Below are positions 1-11,009 of a stretch of 64,000 nucleotides of DNA, one piece after another; position 1 is the stretch's first letter; every line of letters starts with the position of its first letter. The stretch covers positions 4,094,001 to 4,158,000 of the forward strand of contig NC_045698.1 in NCBI RefSeq assembly GCF_009834535.1. Reading direction: 5' to 3'. The translations under genes and the position numbers were made by a program. The notes under the pieces were generated by a model. That model worked only from the letters and a program-made list of their open reading frames with translations, searched no databases and was not told the DNA's origin. This stretch comes from Camelus ferus. Its lineage: Eukaryota.

Positions 1-1287
1 CCAGCAATCTCCCTAATAAAAATTCTCAACCCAGCAGGAATAAAAGGGAACTTCCTCAAACTGATAAAGGTCACCTGTGAAAAACTATAGTTAGCATCAC
101 ACTGAAAGGTAAAAGACTGACTGATTCCCCCCAAAGATCATGAAGAAGACAAGGATCTCTCTCTCACCACTTCTCTTGTTTATCCTGGAGGTTCTAGCCA
201 ATGCAATCAGGCAAGGAAAAAAAAAAAAAAAAAAAAGGCATCCATCACAACTGACATGATAGTATACGTAGAAGATGAAAAAGAACCTACAAAAAACCCC
301 AAAAAACCTACTGGAACTAATAAGTAGTTTAACAAGTCTGCAGGATACAAATCAATATACTAAAATCAATCATGTTTTTATATATTTGCAACAAATAGTT
401 AAAATTTAAAATTAAAGCAATGATGCCATTGGCAATATCACCCAAAAAAAAATAAATAATCAGGGGAAAATCTGTCTAAAGATATGAAAGACCTGCACAC
501 TGAAAACAATGAAACATTGCTGAGAGAAATTAGAAGAGAACTAAATAAATGAAGAGCCACACCCTGTACCAGGGTCAGAAAACTCAATGTTGTTAAGACG
601 TTAATCGGCCTGAAAATGAACCAAAACAACCTCAGTCAAAATCATGGATGACAATTTTTTTGGTAGAAATTGACAAATTGATTCTAAAACTCATACGGAA
701 ATGCAAATGACCAGCAGTAGAGAAAACAACTTTAAAAAAGGAAAACAAGTCAGGAGAATGAATACTACCTGACTTCATGACTTATTGTGAAGCTATAGTA
801 CCCAAGACAGTTTGTACTGTAAACAGAGACAAATAGATCAATGAAGTAGAACAGAAGAAACAGACATCCACGTATATATACAATTGACTTTAAAATAGTG
901 CAAAGGCAGCTCAATGGATTTTTTTTTACAAATATTGGTGGAATATTTGGGTATCCACATGTTGCAAAACAAAAAAGAAATTCAAACTTACCTTGCACCC
1001 TATATAGAAATAAATCCAAAATGGACCATAGACCTAAATGTAAAATCGAAAACTTGAAATCTTCTAGATTAAAACGTTGGAGTTGACATTTGTAACCTTG
1101 AGTTAGGCAAGAGTTTCTTTAATACAGTGTCAAAATCACAATTCATAGAGGAAACGATTGCTAAATTGAACTTCATCAAAATTAATGCATCTGCTCCGGG
1201 AAACACTGTTAAGAGAATGAAGACACAAGCCATAGACTGAGAGAAATTATCCTCAAATCATTTGCCTTAAAAAAGACTTGCACCAGA

Positions 1288-1441
1288 AGGGGACAGATTG
1301 GGAATTCGAAAATTGCACCTCTTGGGGAATGATGGAAATATTAGCTATCTTTCTGGTGGTTTCATGGGTATATACATCTATCAAAATTCATCGAACTGTA
1401 CATCTGAAATATGTGTAATTTACTGTACAGGATCTATGTCT
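1288..1441 (+). mobile_element. Short L1 3'-end insertion nested in the older L1
   Basis: Begins ggggacagattgggaattcgaaaattgca, similar to the young L1 3'UTRs at about 24908 and 34907. It continues as an L1M-like 3' end. It is flanked by cttgcaccaga (1277-1287) and cttgcacccaga (1442-1453). Confidence 0.7.
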
Positions 1442-1484
1442 CTTGCACCCAGATTTAAAAAGAACACTCAGAACTAAGGGTAAG

Positions 1485-1819
1485 TGTCTTATTCTGTTCA
1501 GGCTGCCATAACAAAAACCACAGAGTGGGTGGTTTATGAACAACAGAACTTTATTTCTCACAGTTCTGGAGGTTGGAAGTCCAAAATCATGGCACCCCCA
1601 TCGTCAGGTGAGGGCCCTCCTCCAGGTTGCAGACCTCTTGCATCCTTACATGGAGGACAGGACTAGGGGTCTCTCTGGAGCTCTTTTATAAGGATACTAA
1701 CCCCAACACCCTCTTGACTTAACTACCCCCTAAACTCTCCACCGACTAATACCATCCCCTTTGGGGTTTGGATTTCAACATACGAATTTTGCAGAGACAC
1801 AAACATCTAGACCTCAGCA
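1485..1819 (-). mobile_element. MaLR solo LTR (MLT1A-like)
   Basis: tgtcttattctgttcaggctgccataacaaaa...tttatttctcacagttctggaggttggaagtccaa is the typical antisense MLT1 signature. L1 sequence resumes on both sides. Confidence 0.85.
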
Positions 1820-3047
1820 ATAAACGTACACACAAACTCATTAAAATGTTGGCAGAAGATCTGCACATGCACTCGATCAGATACTTCACTAAAGAAGATA
1901 TACTGATGGCAAAAATCACCTGCAAAGATGCTCAACATCATTATTCATTAGGGAAATGTGAACTGAAATCGCAATGAGACACTGCTATCAAAACGCCTGA
2001 ACTTCAGTGCTGACCATAACCAGTGTTGGAGGGTAAGTGATGAAACCGGAACTTCCAACGCAGTGCTGGTGGAAATGCAAAAACACTTTGGAAGACACAC
2101 TGAAAATTTCTTACAGAGTTAAACTTACACTTCTCATGTGATTCAGCCATTCCACTTCTAGGTAGTTCCCCAAAAGAAAGCAAAAATGAATAACAAAATT
2201 AGCAGAGCTAATATTTATTCCTAGAGTAAGATTTTGTCAAATTATTCTATAGAAATCTTATGCACCTGCTGCTTACTCTCTGCCTGAGACATCCTTCACC
2301 CCTCTGTCTGCATGGTTTCTTCCCCCACATCCTCCAAGATTCCAAACAAGTATCACTTTCCTATTGAAACCTTTTCTGAAGCAATTAACAGAAAAGGCAC
2401 CATATTCCTTTTTACACTTTACATATCTGTTAATTATGTGCAATTTGCAAAGCAAATCCTGCAGTTCCTTACCCTGTTAGAACTTACCTTATACTGAGAA
2501 AAGACAGACAATAATAAAATAAATATATGTTGAATGGAATAAGTAACCTTATCACAAATGCAGTTGCAAAGTTGGCCAAAACACTTGAATTTATCAAGAA
2601 GTCAATCTTAAGGAGGGACATATAATCCACTATTGTTAATTAATGACCTTGCTCAAAGTACGTATGGCCTTGAGATATTGACTCACGATGACATAATGGA
2701 TTATATACCCTAAGTACATAAACATACATACAAGGGGCATACATTCAGAAATGTCTGATTGATAGTGACGCATGATCGCAGATGTCTGCAGACCACTGGT
2801 CTAGGTCAAGGTCAAGTGTGAGGCTAGGGGAGTGATGACAACCTCCCCTCATTTCAAGGAGGCAGAGGTTGGCCTCCACAAACGACGGCTGAGAACCTAG
2901 TTTGAAGGATGACTGGTCTGATTTATTTTAACATGTTTGTTTCTGTCCAAATATTTTGTTTGACACTCTTCTACGAGATGGGAAAGGAAGGGGAAGGAAG
3001 AAGAGCAACACTGATGTTTTAAAAGCATCATGTAGTGTCCCTGGTGG

Positions 3048-3048
<1 letters not shown>

Positions 3049-3105
<57 letters not shown>
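3049..3105. repeat. (TG)n microsatellite, about 28 units
   Basis: Perfect TG run read directly from the sequence. Confidence 0.98.
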
Positions 3106-3107
<2 letters not shown>

Positions 3108-3572
3108 GCTAGCTTCCCCAGCCACCTCTGAGCCGCAGAAGCAGAAACAGCAGAGAACATCGAGTCTGGCTGAGTGCCCCGGCACGGGCTGTTATTCATC
3201 CATCATTCTCAGCCTGCCGCAGTGACTGTACCGGGCAGCACACGACCTCGGGAGAGAGAAAGAACGAAGGAAGAGGGTGCTCACGCGGGGGCCGCTACAC
3301 ACGCCACTGCAGAGGATCTTGTGCTGCCGGCTCACACATTTTCTGCTAATAAAGGGGAAAAATACACTTGAATCAAGGACTTTTTTTTTTTCTTCCTGGG
3401 TTTATTGATTTTGATATTTTAATAAGTTAGCTAGCTGCTGGAATAAGTTTAAATCTTTGCATTTATATTTAAAACAGGAAAATAATTTTCTCTGGATGTC
3501 AGTAACACGGCAGACACAAGCCCAAGGGAGACTTAGTCATCTCAGTCTGCAGAAACTCAGTTTTGATTAAAA

Positions 3573-3618
3573 AATATATATATATTATATATACATATGT
3601 ACACACACACACACACAC
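3573..3618. repeat. (TA)n/(CA)n compound microsatellite
   Basis: atatatatatattatatatacatatgtacacacacac... read directly. Confidence 0.85.
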
Positions 3619-3734
3619 TACTCACATATAGGTAGATTGACAGTAGAATAAAGTTTATCACAGTTCCTCCTGAATTTCAGTTTAGGGGAGAACTGAGGTC
3701 ATGGTCAGATTAAGCAATGTCGTTTTTTTTGAAT

Positions 3735-3898
3735 CAGTGATTCTTCATTTTTTGGGGTCACAGACTCCTCTGAGTATCTGAGAAAATTATGTAAACTCAC
3801 CAGGAATGGGGATAAGGTGGGGGAACATATAATATTTTTCCTACAATTTCAGGAACATATGGCTCCTCAGGAAAAGAAAAAAAAATACCTCTGCTCCA
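3735..3898. mobile_element. hAT-Charlie-type MITE remnant
   Basis: cagtgattcttcatttttggggtcacagactcctctgagtatctg...ctacaatttcagg resembles MER5/Charlie-family non-autonomous elements. Subfamily uncertain. Confidence 0.5.
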
Positions 3899-5009
3899 GA
3901 TCTGAAATCCAGTGTGCAGTAGCAATGCCGTTATTTGTAATTTAATAGCAGAGACTGGAGTTGGGAAGCAAATCTCATCCTTGAAACAAAGAGGGCGGCT
4001 GCCTCGTTCACCCAGAAACTCCCCACGGCCAAAGACCTTGTGTTTGATTTCAGTTCTGTTTCCATGCAGCTCACAGGTGAAGCATCCTACCTGCAGCCAG
4101 TCTCCACAAATGAAAGGGCCAAGCAGTGCTTTGAAGAGCCTGCCAGGGGGTTCTTTTATGTGGGAGCAGTTCTAACCTGGAGCCCAGCCAGGAGGAAGTC
4201 TCAGTGGGTGACCACGGTCCACAGCTGCCCACACCCCCTCTTCATCACTGTGCTCACCAAGCTCACTGATCTCATCTCCGTTCTGATGAGGGGGCTGGGC
4301 TCTCAGGCACAATCCCAGGCAGGAAATCTTTTGTCCACCCATGGATGCTCGGCAGCCCTCACTGTCCCTGCAAAGCCTTAAAAGGAGAGTTTAGCAGGGT
4401 TTTAGGATGGGACAGCCCATCGTTGAAACATCGCATCTGACCGACCTCCCTCTAGGGAGGCAGTGTGCAGAAGCAGAAGCACGTGTGTCCCCTGCTCCCA
4501 TGCTTGTCTCACACAAGCTATGGCTCAGAAGCAAACTTGAGAATATAAAAGCATTAAAAAGTGGCAAAGCCAATCTGGACGCTTCTAACCATCATGATTA
4601 GAAAGCCCCATTGACATGTAGTGCTTGCCACTACCTGGCTGCGGTGCCCCTGAGAACCTTCACGGGCTGGGTCCGGGAATGTGGCCACACATCCTCTGTG
4701 CATCAGGAAACTTTCCAGTCCCGTGGGAAGCTGGGCTTCACAGGAAAGGGTCAGACACTGAGCTGAGAATTGCGAGCAAATGTCAGCATCCAAGAAGTCA
4801 AGTAAAGAAGCACGGAAGGCCAGTGAATGGGGGACGTAACAGACAGGCGCCTCTGCCCTCTTTCTGTGCCCCGTGAAGTGACTGGGTGCAGGCTGGCTGT
4901 GGAAAAGCAGAGCTCACCTTACAGCTTCCCTACAGCTGAGAAGCCTTGGGAGGGTCGCAGTGAGGCAAGGGTGTAGGCAAGAGACTTCGGGTGCTGGCAG
5001 CATCCCAGT

Positions 5010-5110
5010 CCTTAATCTGGGTGCTGGCTACATGGTTGCATTAATCTGTGAAATTCATCAAGCCATCCACTTACATACACCCTTTTCTATATGCTTATCT
5101 TATGTCAGTA
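5010..5110 (+). mobile_element. Old L1 3'-end fragment
   Basis: atctgggtgctggctacatgg...gtgaaattcatcaagc...cactta matches the L1MC/ME-type terminal motif. Confidence 0.55.
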
Positions 5111-5849
5111 TTTGCCATTAATGTGCAGTCTCATCAACCATCACTCTTACGAAACGGTGTCCACATCTCCCTCTACATTTTTACCTTCTGTATCGCCGCT
5201 GTGGCAGGGTGCCTGCCTGAAAGTAGGACCTCCAGGAAGCACCAGCACTGATTTGGGTCTTATCACCCCCAAATCTTATTGTAAAATAACTTCCATGAAT
5301 CGATACTCAGCTTCCACTGGAATGACTTTAAATGATTTGGAATTTTAACCATTTTTTTTAAATAACACAATGAATGATAACTATATTTTCTTACATTTTT
5401 CCATATAGTTATCAAGAAATTAGGCATGTGGCCAAAATATTCAACAAACACAAGAGGAAATTCCACGGCAAGCATACAAATATTTCAGAATGGTGTGAAA
5501 TAGAGCACAAGGTTTCAAGCATATGTCTCTGCTGTAAATTCTTCTAACATGAGCATTACCTTCCTAACTAGATTCTACTTTTTAAAATGACTTAATAAAT
5601 CATAATACATCCATGGGATGGGATTTTATCTAGGTATTAAATGATATGTTAAGAGTTTAAAATCCTAAAAATATATCCATTAGTAAGCACCCATGAAGAG
5701 GATGAAATCCCAAATGAGCACAGACAAATGAATAGGTGATTCTCTGTTTTTGTGGATGCTGCTAGAGAGCTGTTCATCCTCATGGGCTGCCAAGCTCTAG
5801 GAGGTGCCCCTCGCCCACCTGTGGGCAGGTTGGGGAAGGGGGCACCTGA

Positions 5850-6780
5850 TAGAGTTAGGTAATGGTCAAGCCAGGGAATGGTAGAGTCTGATGTCACGTG
5901 TGGAAAATTCTGAAGGTTAACAAAAGAAGGGAGATATTTCAGCAAAATCTAGAATTTGATTACGGGAAGGAGGATCCAAATGGGGCAGGTGGAGAGGAGA
6001 GGCTGGGAGGGAAAGAGCCGGACCTGGAAGGCCCTGGGGGACCTGCGAAGGGCTTCTGAGGTGTGAAATTGTCTGCTTTGTTTTTTCGATGGAATGCACA
6101 GGTTACGTTAGAGAGGGTGGAGGATGGCCAGGTGGAGGCAGAGAGGCCAGTTAAGGGGCTTTTGCAATATTCAGGGTGAGAATGTGTGGACCTGAACTGA
6201 GATGAAGAAGAGAGTAATGATGTAGTCTGGGTACTATCTCCCATCACTAATGCATGTGGATGGTGGGGAAGGCGGTGGGTCAGGAAAGATTCCTGGTTCC
6301 TGGCTGGTGCAAATGCAGCAGAGGGCATGATGTATCAAGAGGAGGTTACCTGACATCTGAGGATGGGAGATGCCTCCTCCAGCTGTGGACTGTTTAATTT
6401 CCTATACTTGTAGGATGTCCACGTGGAGACTCTCCAAAGGCAGCTGGATGCTGGAGTCAGCTCCGGGTGAGACGTGGGTAATGGGGCCAGACTCAGGCTC
6501 AGGAACCACAAATATTATCCTTGATGACTGGCCATGTGAGGAGATGATGGTCAAATAAGGAAAGAGAGGTGAGGAGAGGCAAGGGCGGAATTTGGAATTT
6601 GTAGGATGACAGAGGAAGGGGACCCACCCCAGAGGCTGAGCAGCAGCCCCAGAGGAAGGAGCACAAGGAGGAAAGTGTGCCATGGAGCAGCAGAGCACAG
6701 CTTTCCACGGAGCAAGTGGGGGGCTCTCAGTGCTGAGGGAGCTTGGAGACAGGTGGCATTGAGAGGGCCTGGAGGTGGCA
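5850..6780 (-). mobile_element. LINE-2 remnant
   Basis: Purine-rich + strand with the antisense L2 signature ggaggcagagaggccagttaaggggcttttgcaatattcagggtgaga and a tccaaaggcagctggatg...gagtcagctc segment. Boundaries approximate. Confidence 0.7.
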
Positions 6781-7179
6781 GAGGCTGGAGGGGAAGGATC
6801 CAGGATGTGCTGAAGGGACCTCGTTGCTGGGACCTAAAAGAACGTGGGAGAGGGGCATATCAGAGCACAGAACTCTGGTACTGATCAGGGCTGAGACAAA
6901 GCAGGGGCTCATGACACAGGAGAGGGCGGGACCGCCACTCCGCGGAAGGAGAAACCAGACCTGCCGAGAAAACACAGCCGAAACAGAACAAACGCGGATG
7001 CACAGGGTTCCTCCTGTTTTGTTCCTCAGCCCCACTCTGCATTCCGGGTTTAGCCAGAGTTCACTGAGCTTTACCAGGAGGTTAAAACAAATCATTCAAA
7101 GAGCAAAGCAAGTAACGGTGTCAAGTTTTTGAATGACATAGACATTTCGTCTTAACTCCCAACATACAAACAGACATAC

Positions 7180-7791
7180 TGAGGGGGGGAAGCCCCATAA
7201 AAAGACCAGCAGGACCCCCAAGCAGGGCCACTACTCTCCTGCCAGCACCATCCGGTTCCCTGGCCCAGAGCCTCCGTCTCACTTTTTGCCTCTGAAATGG
7301 CTTACTTACCCCTAAAATGCTATTGGTTCCCTGAGCTCAATTCTGATTGGTTATTTCCTTCACTCCTGATTGGTTATTACTCTCACTTCTGATTGGCCCA
7401 CTTCCCTAACTTCTGATTGGTCCATTTGTAGTACTTCATGTGTGTGGAGTTCACTCCTGATTGGTTATTTCTCTCACTCTTGATTGGTCCATTCCCCTCA
7501 CTCCTGATTGGTTATTTCTATCACTCCTGATTGGTTTATTTCTGCAAAGCTTGTTCCTGGTTGGTCAACTTCTGTTATACTGTATTTGCATATGATGTTG
7601 CAAAGTGTAAAACTGGCAGCCTATAAAGGCCTGTGTAAACCTACAGCTGGGGTCCAGAGCTTGAAGTGTTAACTCCTTTGGGCCCGCTGGCGTAATAAAC
7701 ATGACTTCTCCGACTCTCCGAGTTCTGCTTGGTCTCTCGCACGGATTCAGGTTGCTGTCACAACTGAGCTGTAACACATTTTTCTGCAACA
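7180..7791 (+). mobile_element. ERV1-type solo LTR, 612 bp, with 4-bp TSD ATAC
   Basis: Starts TG (7180) and ends CA (7791). ATAC is present at 7176-7179 and 7792-7795. It carries an ATTGG array, TATAAA at 7622-7627 and AATAAA at 7694-7699. No PBS or internal sequence follows. Confidence 0.9.
7322..7627 (+). promoter_or_regulatory. LTR U3 promoter: nine inverted CCAAT boxes, octamer and TATA box
   Basis: ATTGG at 7322, 7346, 7369, 7392, 7416, 7460, 7483, 7507 and 7530. ATTTGCAT at 7584-7591. TATAAA at 7622-7627. Confidence 0.75.
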
Positions 7792-9225
7792 ATACTACTG
7801 AGAAATGCTGGGGAAGTTTGAACCTTACTGTGCACACACTTCTCTGCAGACTTTTCCTCTGTGCTGTACTGCTCACGCTCTCAGGGATCCATCCCTCTCT
7901 GAGTAGCCAAGAAAAACACCAGCTGCTCCCCTGAAGCCCATTCAGTTATGGAAAACTTCTCCTTTTTTTATAGTGTTTGCTTCTCCAGGGTCCTGCTGCC
8001 AGCTGTCTTCTGCTCTTTATGTCTGTCGTGTGCACCCTTAGCTTTTAAGCTTTTCTTGGGTCTCAGCCTTAAGCATCTGAGTCACAGCTAGTTAGTCTTC
8101 AAATCACCATGCAGTGTCTCCTGAAACTCATTTCTGTGTTTAACTAGTGGGAAACTGTTGGCTTTCTCCTTCTGTGACAGTCAAGCCTCAGCGGGCTTCC
8201 TTAACCTTGAGAATCCCTCAAAAACATTTAGCTCTCTTAAAAAGGCAAGTGGGAAAAGCAGGGTGGTCGTTCCCAGCCACGGCAGATTCCTCAGCAGTCC
8301 AGCTGAAGGCCAGGGAACTGTTTCTCCATGAATTGGCATCAGGTTTAAGTGAGAAGTGTATTTCCCTTTGCAAAGCTGAGTGCTCGCCTTCTGATTATGT
8401 TTTATTTAAGTGATGCACTTTTTACACGGAGAGCTTACCTACATCAGTTGGAAACCACATATAGGACTTCCAAGTGATTTTGTCTTTTATTGGCATTTTT
8501 TTCAAATAGTATTCCTGACTTATCACTATGTCAAGTCCAAATCTCCAAAATATATTGACGTATAGAGTTAAGCAGAGATCCACCTCTTTGGTAGGTGAGA
8601 AAAAGAAAAGAGCACTCATATTCTATAATCAAATAATAGATGTAGGATATTCTGCTTAAAGCAAAAAGACAGAGGAATTTCAGAATAAGACTGAAAATAA
8701 ATAATAACATAATTATGATAGATGGTTCAACTTGAGACCAGTTAAGAACCACGTTAGAGGTTTGAGAAGTCATCCTTCAGGTAGATTGCACACCTGTGTG
8801 CAGGTGTGAGTGTGTGTGCGTGTGCACCAGTCATCATTGTCAGCGGGATCTCATCAGAGAAATTAATGGAGAGTTTGAACTAATGAATATTGTTAAAGAA
8901 ATGTAAATTACGTTGGTTCATACTTTAACAGAGGGCCTTGATTTATTCTTTTATTCTTTTAACTAGCATATATCAATTGTTGACAAGCAGTTGGGTAATT
9001 TGAATACACTTGAGGGAGTGTAAAAAAAATTGCTATCTTAGGATTGCAAATTTATATGCATAGTTATCTTGCTAACCATATCTTTCTTCTCGGGCAGTGT
9101 CTAGATTAATGCTGTTGAATAATCAAAACTTGTAAATTAGCATACAGTGACCAAGACATCACTGCGTTTGTGAGAAAGTGAAACTTCCATCACATGAATG
9201 CATTTTCTTTTCTCAATATAAGTAA

Positions 9226-9263
9226 GTGTGTGTGCGCGCGCGTGCGCGTGCACATGCGTGCGT
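9226..9263. repeat. Alternating purine-pyrimidine tract (GT/GC)
   Basis: gtgtgtgtgcgcgcgcgtgcgcgtgcacatgcgtgcgt gives 38 nt of unbroken alternation. Confidence 0.9.
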
Positions 9264-9959
9264 CCAAGCCTAAATCTCTCTATGGCATCATAGAAATTAA
9301 ATATAAACAGAAAAGAAGATGAAGAGAAAGCAGCAGTCACCTGCATATATTCTCTGCCAACTCCTACACTCACCAGCTCCCTCCTACCAGATAGACAGCG
9401 TTATCTAACTTTCTAGTCCATATCAAAACTGTCCTTTTTAATAAATGTTAATCAATGTCTACAGTTCTTCCTTGTAGGAGTAAAAGTGTTTAGTAATCTT
9501 TTGAAACTAGGGAAGTTGTGATGAATACATGTTTTATCCAAGCCTCAAAAGCAGGGTTAGATGACGTTGCTTTGTGAAGGTGTTTGACGGGGTGGCTGAG
9601 GGAACGATGTATGATGTAAGGCGCCCAGGAGAAGAGGAGTGTCATGGAGTTACCTGGGCTCTCGAAACCAGTGCCTTTATTCTCACGAATGTTAAGGGAG
9701 CCCTGGAGGACTAACGTTGGTGAGAAGGGAGATGGATGCTGCTGGGACTGTCCCATGGCTCCTTCTCCATTTCACCGCTGGGGACTCCTCTCGGCTGCAG
9801 CCTCTGAAATGAGTTTGGAGGTTTGTTTCATTTTACTAAATAGGCTTACAAAGCCCTGAAACTTTGTATAAAGACAATTTGATTAATGTCTAGATTTCAC
9901 CCCCTCCCTCCAACAAGGCAAGGAGATTTCGTGCATCTGTTTCTTCTCTGCTTGCCAGC

Positions 9960-10520
9960 ATCTCTGCCATCGTTATCCTCTGTGAACTCATGTCCAGATG
10001 TGTATTAATTGTCTTATTTTTTAACCACATTTTTCAGAGTCAACCACAAGTTTTACCGGGCAGTATTATTTTGCACATCACTGTTTCATGTGTCTGACAT
10101 TCTCTTTTTTCATTGTATTCATTCTGAATTTTGCTGTAGCAAACTTTGAGTAATGCTTCCAGAGAGAGTGTTTAGGTTTGCCTTACACTCAGAAGTACTT
10201 AACTTTTATCCTTGAATGTGACTTTCACAGGATGCGGCATTCTGAGATTAAACTGATTTTTCCCAAGGACTTCGAAAGCTTGTTACGTAGCATCCATCAC
10301 TGCACGTGAGAAGCATGGTGCTGACTAATCTTCATTCCTGGGTCAGCAACCTCAGTCTCTCCACGGAGTCTCCCTCCTTGCCTCTCTATACATCTCCCTA
10401 AATGTTCTAGAACGTTCCTTCTCAGACTTGTTACTCTACGATGTCATTATTTTTACGATACCTGTTCTTTAGTATTCGATGGGATCCACTTTAACATTAG
10501 GAGGTCAGTTTTTATAATGG
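9960..10520 (-). mobile_element. Highly decayed old L1 fragment
   Basis: T-rich segment with cttgaatgtgactttcacaggatgcggcattctgag...gagaagcatggtgctgactaatc, similar to antisense old L1M. Confidence 0.5.
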
Positions 10521-11009
10521 CTCTATATGTGCTCTAAAATAATTATAATTGAGGACAAAATTCTATGTATGTTTTATTCAATTAAACTAGTCAAGTAAAA
10601 TGTATTTAACATATGCTTATAATCGAGAATAGTGTTAAAACCTCCTAGTATGTCTGTAAATTTGTTCTCTTTTCTCTTTTTTTTTTTTTTTTTTGCTATT
10701 ACACAGATCAAATATTCTTCACTCGATTTTATTTCCTTAATTATTTGGCATGTAAACTGGTGCAGCCACTATGGAATTATTTCTTTAATTATTTACACAT
10801 TCCCTTAAAAGTCTTTCTTAAGATCTATGATCTTGTTTCTCAAGATTTTAACATATACATGTGACTTAACATGAAAAAATGGAGCTAATCATGATCTTTA
10901 TCCTTCTTTATCCGTGATCTAATAATAGTTTATAATAGTAATAATTTATTAAATCACTACATTCTGGTATGTTACTAATGTCCAATTTTTCAGTTTTTTT
11001 TATCAGAGC

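Larger units (their letters stand above)
1..2185 (+). mobile_element. Old LINE-1 (L1M-type) ORF2 remnant, interrupted by two nested insertions
   Basis: Contains L1 ORF2 hallmark motifs (gggaacttcctcaaactgataaagg, gaaattgacaaattgattctaaaa, ctacctgacttca, gatgctcaacatcattattcattagggaaatg) with many stops and indels. It runs off the left edge of the window. Confidence 0.9.

Noticed and set aside
217..236. PolyA run as a retroelement tail
   Set aside because: It is an expansion of an internal A-rich L1 ORF2 motif, and L1 sequence continues on both sides. The A-run at about 42521-42540 is likewise internal to an LTR.
2897..3225. HT/CV-repeat ORFs
   Set aside because: These are translations of the (TG)n microsatellite.
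7322..7565. Regularly spaced repeats superficially like a CRISPR array
   Set aside because: They are degenerate ~23-bp tandem units without unique spacers, inside a mammalian LTR, with no cas genes.
7143..7781. Alternative LTR boundaries using CATTT as a 5-bp TSD
   Set aside because: This lacks a 5' TG. The 7180-7791 boundaries give exact TG...CA termini and a 4-bp TSD typical of ERV1.
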